Assembly: GCA_951406725.2 (NCBI GenBank) | Contig: OX597816.1 | Location: forward strand, 61,690,001 to 61,754,000 | Length of the DNA stretch: 64,000 bases | Source: Octopus vulgaris | Taxonomy: Eukaryota | Reading direction: 5' to 3' | In this document: positions 25,341 to 38,689 of the stretch, piece after piece | How positions within the stretch are numbered: the first letter of the stretch is position 1 | Layout: each line of letters opens with the position of its first letter | Notes under the pieces: model-generated | Database searches by the model: none | What the model was told of the DNA's origin: nothing | Seen by the model: the letters and a program-made list of their open reading frames with translations, nothing else | Translations under genes and position numbers: made by a program

Positions 25341-25391
<51 letters not shown>

Positions 25392-25393
<2 letters not shown>

Positions 25394-25540
25394 AGAGTTT
25401 ACGAAGAAAACAGAAGACGAAGACAGGTGCAAAACAAACAGATGTATTAGTATAACGCTCAGGAATAGAAAAAGTATTTTACGTTTCGAGCCTACGCTCT
25501 TCTACAGAAAGGGACACAGAAAAAACAAGGAGAGAAATAT
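25392..25540 (-). mobile_element. short repeat with variant hammerhead-like core in (TA)n
   Basis: Reverse complement of 25477-25510: ttt-CTGTAGA-a-gagc-gtag-gctc-GAAAC-GTA-aaa, followed by ttcctgagcgt..aatac as in the 2385 and 4100 copies. Confidence 0.55.
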
Positions 25541-26153
25541 ATATATATATTCTTTTTATTATTTTCTTTTTACTTGTTTCAGTCTTTTCGGCCATGCTGG
25601 AGCACCACATTATATATATATATTAGATGAATTACATTACTCGAAACGTCTGTACTCATATCTGCGTACGACATATGAACTTTTGTAACTTTACGAACCT
25701 CACCAAATGACTTTTATCGAAGCATATAATCACTAGCTTTCTCAGTTTCAGATTCTGTTTACTATTTCTCATATGGCTATATTTTTGAATAGCCATTTGC
25801 CAAAATATAATTACATTTAGATAAATATACATATTAAATGGAAGGCAGCACATTTTTTTTGTATTTATTTACCTTGAAGTAAAATAAAGTAATTTGTTTG
25901 TAACAATTTTGCTTCTTTTCATTTTTTACTCTTCGACCTCTCTTCGTTATAAATTTGACGTGTTTACTGAATATTCATATAGTACTGTTATGCGCATACT
26001 AACTTCATAAACTGCCTTTGGATATGTACTAGACAATCAATTAGAAGAGAATTTTTTCAAATATTACAATATTATGCCAACAATATATAAACTGATTGCT
26101 GTACATTTTATATTGTATTCACGTGCATATGGATGCATATGCATGTATGTATG

Positions 26154-26221
<68 letters not shown>

Positions 26222-26452
26222 TACATACACATATAAATGCACACACACATACATATATACAAATGGGGATGAAAATTTACAACACCTGTTTCGATATCTC
26301 CCGTATGAAACAGCTGTCGTAAATTTTAAATGCCATTTGTGTTTACTCTTTACACAGGGCCTATGAATAATTTGTTTTTGTTGTTATTATTATTATTGTT
26401 GTTGTTGTTGAAGTCGTCGCACAGTATTCATTATTATTATTATTATTATTAC

Positions 26453-26481
<29 letters not shown>

Positions 26482-26486
<5 letters not shown>

Positions 26487-28130
26487 TAGTTTTATTTTTA
26501 TTTTTACAGCGTGCTTTCACTTCACTACCGAGCGCAGCTCTGTGTGCCTTGGGTATGTGCTGTGATTTGTTGTGATGCTCTGATGGTTATTGTATGGAAA
26601 GTGTTCTGCGTAGGATGTGTGCAGTGCCTAGTAGTGCAATTTTCTGTATGTTATATGTGTTTGTAAGTCCTGGTGTTTTTGTTATGTATTTGTCTGAATA
26701 TTTTTTTATCATGCCTAATGCACCTACTATGACAGGAATTGTTTCTGTTTTCAGATTCCACATTCTGGTTACCTCTATTTCCAGGTCTTTGTATTTTGAG
26801 AGTTTCTCCATTTCTTTTAGAGACACGTTGTCATCTGCCGGTACTGATACATCAATTAGAAAGCATTTTTTTTCTTCATGGTCTCTGACAACTATATCTG
26901 GTCTGTTGGCCTTAATTTCTCTATCTGTGTGTATCGGCATATCCCAGAGTATGGTTGCTTTCTCGTTTTCTGTGACCTTTTCTGGTGTGTGCCTATACCA
27001 TCTTTTTTCTGTTGTTATTCCATAATGTTGGCATAGCTTCCAATGTATGTAAGTTCCAACTCTGTCATGTCTGTGAATATATTCCTTCTTAGCCAGGACT
27101 GGGCAGCTAGAGATAATATGATTTATTGTTTCTTGTCCATCTCCACATATTCTGCAGTTACTTGTAATATTTCTTTTCATTACATGTTTTTGGTAATTTC
27201 TGGTGGGGAGGCTTTGGTCTTGTGCTGCAATTAAAAATCCCTCTGTTTCTGCTTTGAGTCCTGAGCTTCTCAACCATTGCTGGGATCTTTCTTTGTCTAT
27301 TTCTTTTGCGTTTAGTTTAGTCCAGTATTTACCATGAAGGGGCTTTTCTTGCCATCGTTTTATCATGGTTCGTTGCTGTTCTATTTTTAGTTTGGATTTC
27401 ATTTTTTTTATAGCTTTTGTTGTTTCTTCATCTTCTTCTTCTTCTTCATCTTTATTAGGTGGTATGATTTCTTGTTTGTATTTGTCAGCTTCCTTAAATA
27501 CTGAGAACAGTTTTTTGTTTTGCTCGTGTTTTGCTCGTGTTTTGCCGCTATCTGGATCAGTTTTCCTTCCTTCTGAAGTAGATATTTTTGCAGTCCTATG
27601 GTGGTTATTTTATAGTAGTTTTCCAGCTGTATAAGGCCTCTACCACCTTCTATACGTTGTATATATAGTCTTTCTATGTCAGATTTTGGGTGATGCATCC
27701 TAGATCCTGTCATTATTTTTCTTGTTTTCCTGTCTATTTTGGTCAGTTCATTTCGTGTCCAGTTAAGGATATTGTAGCTGTAACTTATAACTGGGACAGC
27801 TAAAGTGTTGATACCTATTATCTTGTTTTTAGCATTGAGCTCTGTGTTTAGTATTGATCTAACTCGTCTATAATATTCTTTTTTTATTTTCTCTTTCATT
27901 TGTGTGTGTTGTGTCTTATCTAGTTTATGGATTCCTAAGTATTTGTAAGTTTGGCTTTGGTCTAATTCTTTTATTTCATTTGCTTCATCTAGTGTGATGT
28001 TGTTACTCTTAACTAGTTTTCCTCTTTTCATGGTTACTTTGGCGCATTTTTCTAATCCAAATTTCATATCTATTTCTTTGGTAAATCCATGAACTGTCTT
28101 TAATAGTGTTTCCAGCTGTTTGTCATTTGC
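26482..28130 (-). mobile_element. 5'-truncated Dong/R4-clade LINE (RT C-terminus, CCHC knuckle, REL endonuclease) in (TAA)n
   Basis: MKFGLEKCA, YKYLG, GGRGL, CRICGDGQETINHIISSC, RHDRV, NRPDIVV..LIDVSVP..KLSKYKDL; stop at 26587, ~105-nt 3' UTR; (TAA)n on both flanks; 11-bp duplication frameshift at 27517-27538. Confidence 0.95.
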
Positions 28131-28143
28131 ATTATTATGTTTG

Positions 28144-28219
<76 letters not shown>

Positions 28220-28509
28220 CATTATTATTATTATTATTATTATTACTGAGGTTGGCGAGCTAGCAGAATCATTAGTAAGCCGGGCGAAATGCTTTTTGAT
28301 ATTTCGTCCGTCTTAACGTTATTGATATTTCGTCCGCCGAGGTTGACTTTGCCTTTCATCCCTTCGGGGTCGATGAAATAAGTACCAGTGAAAGACTGGG
28401 GGTCGATGTAATCGACTATTCTCCTCCTCCAAAATTTCAGGACTTGTGCCTATAGTAGAAAAGATTATTTTTATTATTGTTGATGTTGTTGTTATTATTA
28501 TTATACACT

Positions 28510-30390
28510 CAACATATTAGACTTAAATGCCAAGAGCCCCCTTATTGGGTAATCTTAGGTGCCAAGAACCCTTCTACGTATCCTAACTGTACCTGATAAA
28601 ACTGTTTCTGCTTCAGTACTAAACTGGGTTTTATGCCTATTTCCTCCATTCATCTGTTCAGATTTTTAAGCCATTTTCCCAGTGCACCAGTATCTACTGG
28701 GATACATTTTACCCGCACTTTCCATAGTCCCTGTAGCTAGGTCCTGGTACTTAGCTATTTTTCTATACTTCTCATATTTATGTTTACATCATTTGGGACT
28801 GTAAAGTCAATTATCTGGCACTTTCTATTCTCTATATTTGGTGAGGTTCGTAATCAGGCCTTCTAGCTTCTATTATTTTGTCAGTCTGAATGTTAAAGTC
28901 CCACAGGATCTTCTATGTCTTACTTTCTAGTACTTTACTAAGTTCATGTTCATACCATTTATCAGTATGTTCAAATCCTAGCTTTCTACATAGCTCCCAG
29001 TGGATTGCTCTCCCTAGATTGTCGTCTTTCCTTGCAGTCTTTCTGTGCCAGCATGTTACATTCACTTACTATATAAGTAACGCTTTCCTATTTTGATTTG
29101 TATAATATACATTAGGAAGGGCGGCGAGCTGGCAGACACGTTAGCACGCCGGGCGACATGCATAGCCGTATTTCGTCTGTCGTTACGTTCCAAGTTCAAA
29201 TTCCGCCGAGGTCGACTTTGCCTTTCATCCTTTCGGGGTCGATAAATTAAGTACCAGTTACGTACTGGGGTCGATATAATCGATTAAATCCCTTTGTCTG
29301 TCCTTGTTTGTCCCCTCTGTGTTTAGCCCCTTGTGGGTAGTAAAGAAATATATAATATACATTGGGAATCTACTTGGTTTTTGCCTATCTTGGCTTTTAC
29401 CGATCATGTGCAGCCACTAACAACTTTCTGCCTCCTTTTTCAGCTTTCCTTTCTGCAACCACAGCCATGTCTCACTACTACTATTTTCTGAAGCTATCAT
29501 TGAGAACTACTATGCAACGCCTTCTCCTGCCAGTCAGATAATTTCTGTTATTTTTTTCTGGTTTTTAAGTTCATTTGATGTTTAAGTTTCCCTATTTCTT
29601 GCTGTGACTCTAGTAGCTTTTAATAAACTCTCCTCACTATTAACTACATAGGAGCCTATATCTACTGATATTAACCCTCTTCCACCTTTCTGCCTTTGTA
29701 GGTATGATCTTGCTACTCCTGCCTTTGGGTGGAATCCTCTATTCATATTGAATTCCTTCCTAGTTCTGTCTAGCTTTGCTAGTTCAGTTTTCATCCAATC
29801 TATAAAAGCTACTGAGTATGTAAGTAATGATACTGTCCAAGTATTTACAACCTTACTAGATTCGGACCATTTAGCTTTGACTTCATTAGCTTCCTCACTC
29901 TTCTTATGTACCCCTTCTCAATTTTCCTTTTCATTTCTGTAGTTAGTACTCTGTCATATTTTAATGCTCCTAGATATTTATAACTCTCTCCTCCTTTCTT
30001 TGATTTTAACGTCTGGCCATCTGGTAATTGGATGCCTTTGCTGTTGACTACCTGTACCCTTCTCATGACTAATATTGCACAGTTATCTATGCCAAATTCC
30101 ATGCATATAACTTTGCTGAAAATTCTTACTATGTTTTTCATTCTTACTAAAACACTTCAGATCATCCATGTAGAGCAAATGGTTAATTTTTCCATTACTA
30201 TTTCTGAACTGATACCCTGCATTTGTCTACCTTAATACTAAACTGAGAGGGATCAGTCAAGACAAATATTAAAGGGGACAATGAGCGCCCCTGGAAAATT
30301 CCTCTTTTGATATTAACTTTCCCTTAGAGTGTGTCACCTGAGAAGAGATCTACGTTGAGGTTCCACATTTTGCCAATTCCTATTTCCATG
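28510..30390 (-). mobile_element. older Dong/R4-type LINE fragment (different subfamily)
   Basis: RGIFQG, HLLYMDDLK, MEFGIDNCA, YKYLG, GGRGLIS and REL remnants; multiple stops; interrupted by a SINE A. Confidence 0.85.
29114..29350 (+). mobile_element. full-length SINE family A with 13-bp TSD
   Basis: TSD tataatatacatt at 29101-29113 and 29351-29363. Confidence 0.92.
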
Positions 30391-30399
30391 TCTTATACT

Positions 30400-31580
30400 T
30401 GCTCAGTTTTTGGTAGGACTTGACAGATACAGTTATGTCGATTGGGACAGTCACATCAATGCGGAAGCATGATTTCTGTCTGACGTCTTTCAATATAATG
30501 TCTGGCCTATTCGCATCTATCTTACTGTCAGTTTGAATGGTGAAGTTCCAGAGGAATGAGATGTGATAATTTTCAAGAACTGGAGATGGTTTGTGTTCCC
30601 ACTAGTTTTTAACATGGGAGAGGTCTAGGATTTTGCAAATTACCCAATGAATATATTGTACTGCTCTATCTTGCCTGTTGAGATATTCTGTAGACGCAAG
30701 AAGGCTGCACATGGAGACAACATTATCAATGGTTTCATTTTGTTGTTGACATACACGAAATGTTGGGCTACTGCCGCTCTTTAATATGTTGGCCTGGTAG
30801 TTCCATGTAGGTAGGCATTGATCTTGGGCTGGTATGATAAACCGTTTTGTTTCTGATTTTAAGCCAGAAGATACTAACCATTTATGGGTAAAGGCTTTGT
30901 CAACATCAGCATTATTAGCTCTCTTTGGGTATTTTGCCATTAAGAGTTTTTTCTTGCCATTTATCAGTAAAAATGTCTAACGCAGCAATTTTAGCACAGG
31001 TTTTCTTACGCTTAGCTTTTTCGGTGCTTGTTTCTAGTACGTCTAATTCTGGAATTTGTTGTATTTGGAATTCACTTAGATATTCCTTTGCCTGTTTTGT
31101 TACTGAGAGTATGATGCTTTCTTTCTTTCAAGCTTTGAGACAAGTTTTAACATCCAGTACTCAGAGTTTTTGAGGTAGGTGTCTAGGTCAACTGTGGCAA
31201 TCTTCATTGTTAATTCCAGTTGTAAAAGTTCACGGCCTCCTTCTTTTCTTGGCAGGTAAAGTTGTTCTTTATCTGCCTTAAGGTGGCGCATTCTATACAT
31301 TGTCAACAATTTTCGTATTTTTCTGCCAAGATTACATATTTCAGTAATTAACCAGTTAATGATATTGAAACTGTAAGTCACGACTGGTATGGCTAAAGTA
31401 TTGGTCGCTTCGATTCTGTTTCTTGCATTCATCTCTGTCTTGAGTATTGTCCTTACCCTGCGATAACATTCTCTTCTGATCCTTTTCCTCACCACTGAAT
31501 GTTTGATTCTGTCTCCTTCAAATACCCCTAGGTATTTGTAGCTCTCCGTTGGTTCTAACTCCTTTATAACGTTTTGTACT
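30400..31580 (-). mobile_element. third Dong/R4-type LINE fragment
   Basis: SYKYLG, YRRVRTILK, EGGRELL, GLKSET..AQDQCL, RVCQQQNETIDNVVSMC, NRPDIIL..IDVTVP. Confidence 0.88.
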
Positions 31581-31747
31581 CCAGGTATGGTACAGATTGA
31601 TCCACAGATTTGAGCGTGTATTGAGGACACACACATAGACAGGGTATTTTATATATTAAGATATATATACAATTATACAATTATACATACATACATACAT
31701 ACATACATACATACATACATACATACATACATACATACATACATACA

Positions 31748-33310
31748 TTATGGCTGCCCCCTCGTTATCGAGTATGGCCATTGCACGAAGCTTAACTGTT
31801 ACTGGTGCTGTGATCGAATGTGACTTTTTAGCCCAGCTAAAGATCTACAATGTCTTGTACAAAATTGGCAACTAAAACCTTTACTGGTAATAGCCGGCTG
31901 TAGTTTTAATTGGGCTTCATGTACCTTTGCATGTCGTTTAAGCCCTCCTGCCGAATTACACACTCTTCGACATGCCCGACAGATATGATTAGTATGGTGT
32001 GTTACACCACCACCAGTGGCCAGGTTGTCACTCATCTGTCTCGTTTTATGACTACGAAGATGACTCATGAGTCCAGCTCTACTGAGGCAGGGTCTTGCAC
32101 AGACATTGCATGTCAGAATCAAAGGAAGACCCTTCCCTTCTGGAAGTGTAACAGCAATGCCCTTCCTGACATCCCTCCTTACTTTCTCATGTGGAACTCG
32201 AGATTTCTCAAACGTGGCTGTCCCCTCATGCACAATCCTTCTCCACCTGCTACGATCAATAGCTATACCTTCCCATGTGTCAGGAGAGATGCAAGCATCT
32301 CTTAAGGAAGCCCTCAGCAATACCTTATACCTCTTTTTTGGTTTATGTGGAGGTCGTTCTCCTTTAGCTAACTCTCCATAAAAGAGTTGTTTAGGCATCC
32401 TTGAATCCTTCATTCTGACCAGATGACCACTCCATCTGAGCCTTTGCTTTAACACAAGTGCTTCTATACTTTCACACCGAGAGCCTTCGAGTATTTCAAG
32501 ATCACTGATGCGGTCCTTCTACTTAATGCCATAGATCTGTCTGAGGCACATCTGATGGAAACGATATGTGACCCACGTCTCGCAGGCATAGAGAAGAGGA
32601 GGGTGCACACATGCCTTGTACACCTTTATCTTTGTCTTTCTGCATATGTCTCGCCGACTCCAGAGGCGCTTTTCTAGCCTTCCGAAAGCAACACTTGCTT
32701 TCCTAATTCTATATGGAATTTCATCATCCACATTTCCATATCTATTAATAGTGCTTCCCAGGTAGACAAACTGATCGACTACATCAAGTCGTTTACCATT
32801 CACATAGATATTTGGTACATTATACTGCCTACCAGGGGCAGGTTGATGCATGACAACAGTTTTCTTGAGATTGATTGTCAATTCTAAAGCAGTGCAAGCA
32901 TCAGAGAATGCATTCAAAATGTGTTGCATATCAATCTCTGTGTGTGCTACTAGCTCACATCATCAGCATACAAAAGGTCTCTTATGATAGAGGTAAATAT
33001 CTTTGTTTTTGCAGCAAGGCGCCTGATATTAAATATGCTGCCAGAGGTTCGATAATGGACGTAAACACCGTATCTGCAGTTTCTGAATGCAATACAGAAC
33101 ACCATCGCGAAATATATGGAAAATAGGGTCGGTGCCAGAATATCCCCCTGTTTCACTCCATTTTGTATTGAAATGGGCTCCGACATCTTCCCTCTAACAT
33201 TCACCCTACCATTCATGTCTTCATGAAAAGACCTAACCAAAGCAAGGAACTTTTCAGGACACCCAAATTTCTGGAGGACTTTCCACAAAGCTTTTCTATT
33301 GACGGTATCG
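31748..33310 (-). mobile_element. 5'-truncated RTE-clade LINE with three C-terminal C2H2 zinc fingers, in (TATG)n
   Basis: YDTVNR, GVKQGDILAPTLF, LLYADD, FVYLGS, LLYACETW, RLRWSGHLVRM..PKQLFYGEL; one frameshift (~32950), one nonsense codon (32519); short 3' UTR with ctcg-ataa-cgag hairpin. Confidence 0.95.
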
Positions 33311-33368
33311 TACATACATACATACATACATACATACATACATACATACATACATACATACATACATG

Positions 33369-33475
<107 letters not shown>

Positions 33476-33704
33476 GTATACAAGAAAAATTTTAATAAAG
33501 TTGTATTATTACCGTTATATACAGTAATAATAAGGTGGTTAGCAAGTTCAGACCTTTACAAGCACAATATAAAGTAATTTAAGAAAAGCAGGGTATATAT
33601 ACCACTTACTAAAATCAAAGCCATAGCTCCATAAACCACCATAAAGATACACACGAGCAATGCAATGAACATTTCAGAAATTATATATATATATATATAT
33701 ATAT

Positions 33705-34926
33705 AGATATATTTACCAAAAATTACATAAAAATATCTTGAAATACTAAAGAGTAAAATTATTCAATAAAATCGCCGTTGGCTTCAACCACGGCCTTCAG
33801 ACGACTTCGGAATCTCCTGCAACTCTTCTGGACGGTTTCCTTGTTTAAGTTGGTGAATGCTGCTTTAATCCTTGCCTTCAGTTCCTCTTCACAAGGAGTT
33901 TTGTTGATCTCTCGCTCAACTGCGCCCCACACATAATCAAGGGGGTTGCAGTCTGGGGAGTTAGAGGTGGCCTGATGTTAGGGTTGATGTGGTTGCAGAA
34001 ATAGTCTGAAGCCATGACTGGGTTCTCCTGCCTGTGTGGCATGGTGCAGAGTCCTGTTGTCAGAAATAGGGTCTTCCAGCAGCCATCCTCTTGACCTAGG
34101 GCAGCACTGCCTCCTCCATGCACTTGATGTAGGCCACCGTGTTGAGTCCGAGGCCGTGTGGGAAGATGAATGGAGCCATAACATAGTCATCACTAGTGAT
34201 CTCTCAAGACATCAGGATGTTGACTGGGTGTTTGATTTTTATTAGTCTCGGTACATGTTTTGGGGACACGGCTAGCCAACAGTTGTTTTGTGTGTTCTCC
34301 ACCTGATCCTGGCAGAAAATTTTCTCGTCTGAGAAAAATCAAAGCATGTTCGAATGGAGGGGATGCTTGAGTTTGTTCAAAAGCTTCGTAGCGCTGTTTT
34401 TCCTCTTGTCCCTCTTGGCTTGGGATAACAAATGGCCCTTTCTCATCATGTTTGAGAAATATCGAATGTCTTCCTGCACTACCTGCCTGATAAGGATCTC
34501 AGATACTCCCATGTCTGGCGATAGACCTGATTGACTTGGAGGGATCGTTGTCAATCATGGCCTGTATCTCACCAACAAATTCAGGAGTTCTTTTCTTATC
34601 AGAACGACGAGAATGAATTTTTTGAGCTGCTGTATCTTAGTAATCGCCATTAGGCTTATTCAACTCCTTCCGAGTCACCTGCATGCCCTCAGATTGACAC
34701 CCAAGTCCACTGAAATGTTCGTGGTGGAGTTTCCGCTGTGAATACCAAGCAGTAAAGCATGTCATTTTCAAATTTCTGGCAGAGTTAATTGCGTCTTGGT
34801 GCTGATTTTCTCAAAGACGGTGCCCAACTGACCCTACTATATTGTGTAGTTAGTTGACAAAATCAAAAACAGAGTGCATGCGCGAAATTAAAAATATAAA
34901 ATGGCAACAGTTTACCCATCACATCT

Positions 34927-34932
<6 letters not shown>
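33705..34932 (-). mobile_element. Tc1/mariner superfamily DD37D (maT-like) transposon relic
   Basis: FFSDEKIF, QQDSAPCH, (W)PPNSPDCNPLDY with a 37-residue spacing after frameshift repair; TIR-like end ~34905-34932. Confidence 0.85.
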
Positions 34933-35016
<84 letters not shown>

Positions 35017-35608
35017 GATTGATCGAATGCTTTTGATTTAAGGAAAGGTCGGTATAATGTCCTGTCTGACGTGAGACCCCATGTTAGTATACAAAAAAAA
35101 AAGCATCAAGTGAACCAATACCTACATATGTATGTGTGTATGTGTTTGTATGTATGTATGTGTTTGTATGTATGTATGTATGTATGTATGCATGTATACG
35201 TTTGTATGTATGTATCTTTGTATGAGTTATGCACGTACGTATGCATGTAAGTCTATATATATATAATGTATGTCTATATATATATATATATATATATAAT
35301 GTTATGTATGTCTAAATATGTATGTGCGCGCACGCACACACACACACGCATAAATATGTGTATTATTATGTGTTCATGTCTGTATGTGAGAGTTCGTCTA
35401 TAGATATGCAGAGATGCAAGTGTTAGAATGTCTATACGAATCTATATAAATATATTTCTACTTAATATTTAACGTATGTTATTCAATTAATTTTATATTT
35501 TTACCTAAAACCCCAAGAGAGGGGAAAAAATGAAACAAACATTATTACTTAGTGGTACTGTTATTGATTTTCTTTTTTAAAAAAAAAAATAATAATAATA
35601 ATAATGAA

Positions 35609-35679
<71 letters not shown>

Positions 35680-36408
35680 TAACAATAATAATAACAATAA
35701 TAATAATAATAATAAAATAGCTGTTTATAAAATGCGAAGTGGAATTTCGTGAAATGAAAAATTTTATTACAGCAAACGACGTTGATAAAACAAAATTGAC
35801 AAACTATCACTTAATTATTGATAAACGTTTATTTAATTATTAAACCCATACTTGGAAATATATAGAGAAAAGTCTGAAACAACTATTTTTGTCTATGCCT
35901 GTGTGTAATCAACATTATTTATAAACAAGTGGTTTGTCATGCGTTGTTGTTGTTGTTGTTGCTGCTGTTTTTGTTGTTGTTGTTTGTGTTTCTGCGTTTG
36001 TTGTTATTATTTCTAATGTTTTTTTTTTACTACCGCTGTTGTCGGTTTTGTTTTTGCTGTTATTGCATTCGTTATTGTTGTTTTTGACGTTGCTGTGTTT
36101 TGTTGTCGCTGTTGATATAATTTTGCTGTTAATGTTTTCGTTGTGATTCTTATTGTTGTTGTTGTTGCCATTGTTCGTATTTAGTACCAAGTCGGCACTG
36201 AGCAATTATATTTCCGAACAAAGAATTCCAGCTATGACCAACCGAACCGGTGTCATCTCTAAGACATGGCTACACTGGGCAGTTGCCCGGGGGCTTCAGA
36301 GGTCCCGGTGTGAGGCCCAATTCTAGTCTAAGTATAATACTTTAGATTCCAGTGAACTGATTTGGCCGGCGGCCTATAATGCTCATAACACGACTCTGTT
36401 GCTGTCTT

Positions 36409-37059
36409 CTTCTTCTTCTTCTTCTTCTTCTTCTTCTTCTTCTTCTTCTTCTTCTTCTTCTTCTTCTTCTTCTTCTTCTTCTTCTTCTTCTTCTTCTTCT
36501 TCTTCTTCTTCTTCTTCTTCTTCTTCTTCCAAATATTAGCCACAAAGAATAATCTCTAATTCGTGCCTACTCAAAGCTACTAAGAATGCGTGTGGCAATT
36601 TGAAGATCCACCCACCACATGCGATAGACTGGCGGTTACACGGGCGCGAAAGCTACGTTGTTATCCTCATTCCGTAAACGGTGGGTTTTAACGGGTGTAG
36701 AACTGAACCATCCCGGGGTATAGAGGATTCGCAATCTAGACTAGGGTCTGAAAGTTTACCACACCATAATGGGTTACACCATGCTTCCTTTTCTTTATGG
36801 CAGAAGTAGGAAGAAAGAATGAGAGAAAGTTGTGGTGAAAGAGTACAGCGGGGTTTATTGTAGATTTGATATACCCAATTGTCATTTTATATTTTTACTA
36901 CAATGCTGTTTGCTAATTTTTTCTTTGTTTACTAATCTTTTTTCTTTTCTTCTCTTCTTTTTTCTTTTTTTTTCTTTTTCTTTTCTTTTCTGAGAATCGA
37001 AACCGCGTTCTTACGACCGCGAGTCCGCTGCCCTAACCATTGGACCATTGCGACTCCAC
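36409..37059 (-). mobile_element. SINE family C, alternative body, long (GAA)n tail, 14-bp TSD
   Basis: TSD tctgttgctgtctt at 36395-36408 and 37060-37073; inverse match to 38189-38653, with a T-rich segment replacing sequence at 36857-36990. Confidence 0.85.
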
Positions 37060-37756
37060 TCTGTTGCTGTCTTAAACAAATCCCACCACTCCAACACTTC
37101 ACTCAGCAGACATTTATTTATCTCGAAGTACATTAGTCCATGTATCCTATTATAAACCAGGGTGATAGGGGGGGAAATTTGGTTGTTATTACTAGCAGAT
37201 CAAGAAAAAACTTAGAGATCACTTCATTGACTTAAAAATGTTGTTGTTGTTGTTGTTATGGTTGTTGATGCTGTTGTAGCTGTGCTTCTGCTGTTCTCCA
37301 ACTTAACTGTGATACAATAAAGCCTTTCATCAAAGTCTTTTTAACCGTGAATATCATTACAATTTTTCTACCACGGTGCACCTAGGATTACATTATACAA
37401 TGTGTCCGTTCTTCGCTTTTTCTTTTTAACGTCAGTTGGATATGATTTCTGAGCAGGTCGGAAGTTCTTCATTGATTCGCCTTTTCCTCATTCTTTTCTG
37501 ATTCAATGGACGCTTCTTCTTTTTTCTATTTTTCATAAACGTTGGGCGTAATTTGAAGTCGATATGGATTATAGGCGATCTTCTAGAAGTTACAACCCTT
37601 GCCTTCATTTCCACAAACGGGATCAACAGTACTGACATTAATTCGAAGACGTATCGGGAATCGAAGTTAAGTAAACTGCTTCCAACTGATCGAAAGTTTA
37701 TCTCCATTGTATGACTCTCATGTTTCAAAGATACAAGGACTGGTATTTGAAATAGA

Positions 37757-37965
37757 TCATGAAAGAAATTTCGCTATTGTTTTTGGTTGCCGATACGCTT
37801 CCGTGTTTAAAGTCTCAATGGTGAACATATTTACTGTCCCCTGTCGTTGTGTCGTCACTCTGTCGTCATCTGCTGCACGACTAACGTCCACCGTTCTTGT
37901 TCTCGGTTGCCAAATTGCCAACGCTCTGCTTGCTGCCGCTTCTTCAAACACAGAAGCGAAAATTC
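37757..37965 (-). CDS. possible terminal coding exon of an unidentified host gene
   Basis: Non-repetitive-looking, CpG-retaining segment; ttcag|GA acceptor at 37967-37966; open frame (G)IFASVFEEAAASRALAIWQPRTR..KFLS*; no recognisable domain. Confidence 0.25.
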
Positions 37966-38188
37966 CTGAAATCCAGTCAGTGTAGGAGATCCTACATAAT
38001 CACTCGACCTGCTAGCAAAAATAGCCACCAGACATATTCAAATTCCCCTACACCGTCTTATAAGCAAGAACATTTTGGACATTGTAGCCCAGGTATACAA
38101 ATCTATGTGATGGTAGTGGCTAGAAAGCCTTCCTCTAAGGTATTCTCAATCAAAACTAACCACAACTAACAACAACGACAACAACAAC

Positions 38189-38689
38189 GTGGAGGCACAA
38201 TGGTCCAGTGGTGAGGGCAGCGGACTCGCGGTCGTAAGAACGCGGTTTTGATCCCCAGACCGGGCATTGTGTGTATTTATTGAGCAAAAACACCTAAGTT
38301 CCACGAGGTTCCGACGGGGGTGGTGGTGGTGGTGAACCCCGCTGTACTCTTTCACCACAACTTTCTCTCACTCTTTCTTCCTACTTCTCCCACAACGCAG
38401 AGGAGCCATGGTGTGACCCATTATGGTGTGGTAAACTTTCAGACCCTAGTCTAGACTGCGAATTCTCTATACCCCAGGATGGTTCAGCTCTCCACCCGTT
38501 AAAAACCACCGTTTACGGAATGAGGATAACAACGTAGCTTTCGCGCCGGGCAACCGCCAGTCTATCGCATGTGGTGGGTGGATCTTCAAGTTGCCACACA
38601 TATTCTTAGTAGCTTTGAGTAGGCTCGAATTAGAGATTATTCTTTGTGGCTAATGGCGTGTGTCCCGATTGGGAGAAGAAGAAGAAGAA
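38189..38689 (+). mobile_element. SINE family C, alternative body, (GAA)n tail, 12-bp TSD
   Basis: Head gtggaggcacaatggtccagtggtgagggc..ggttttgatccc; TSD gacaacaacaac at 38177-38188 and 38690-38701. Confidence 0.88.
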
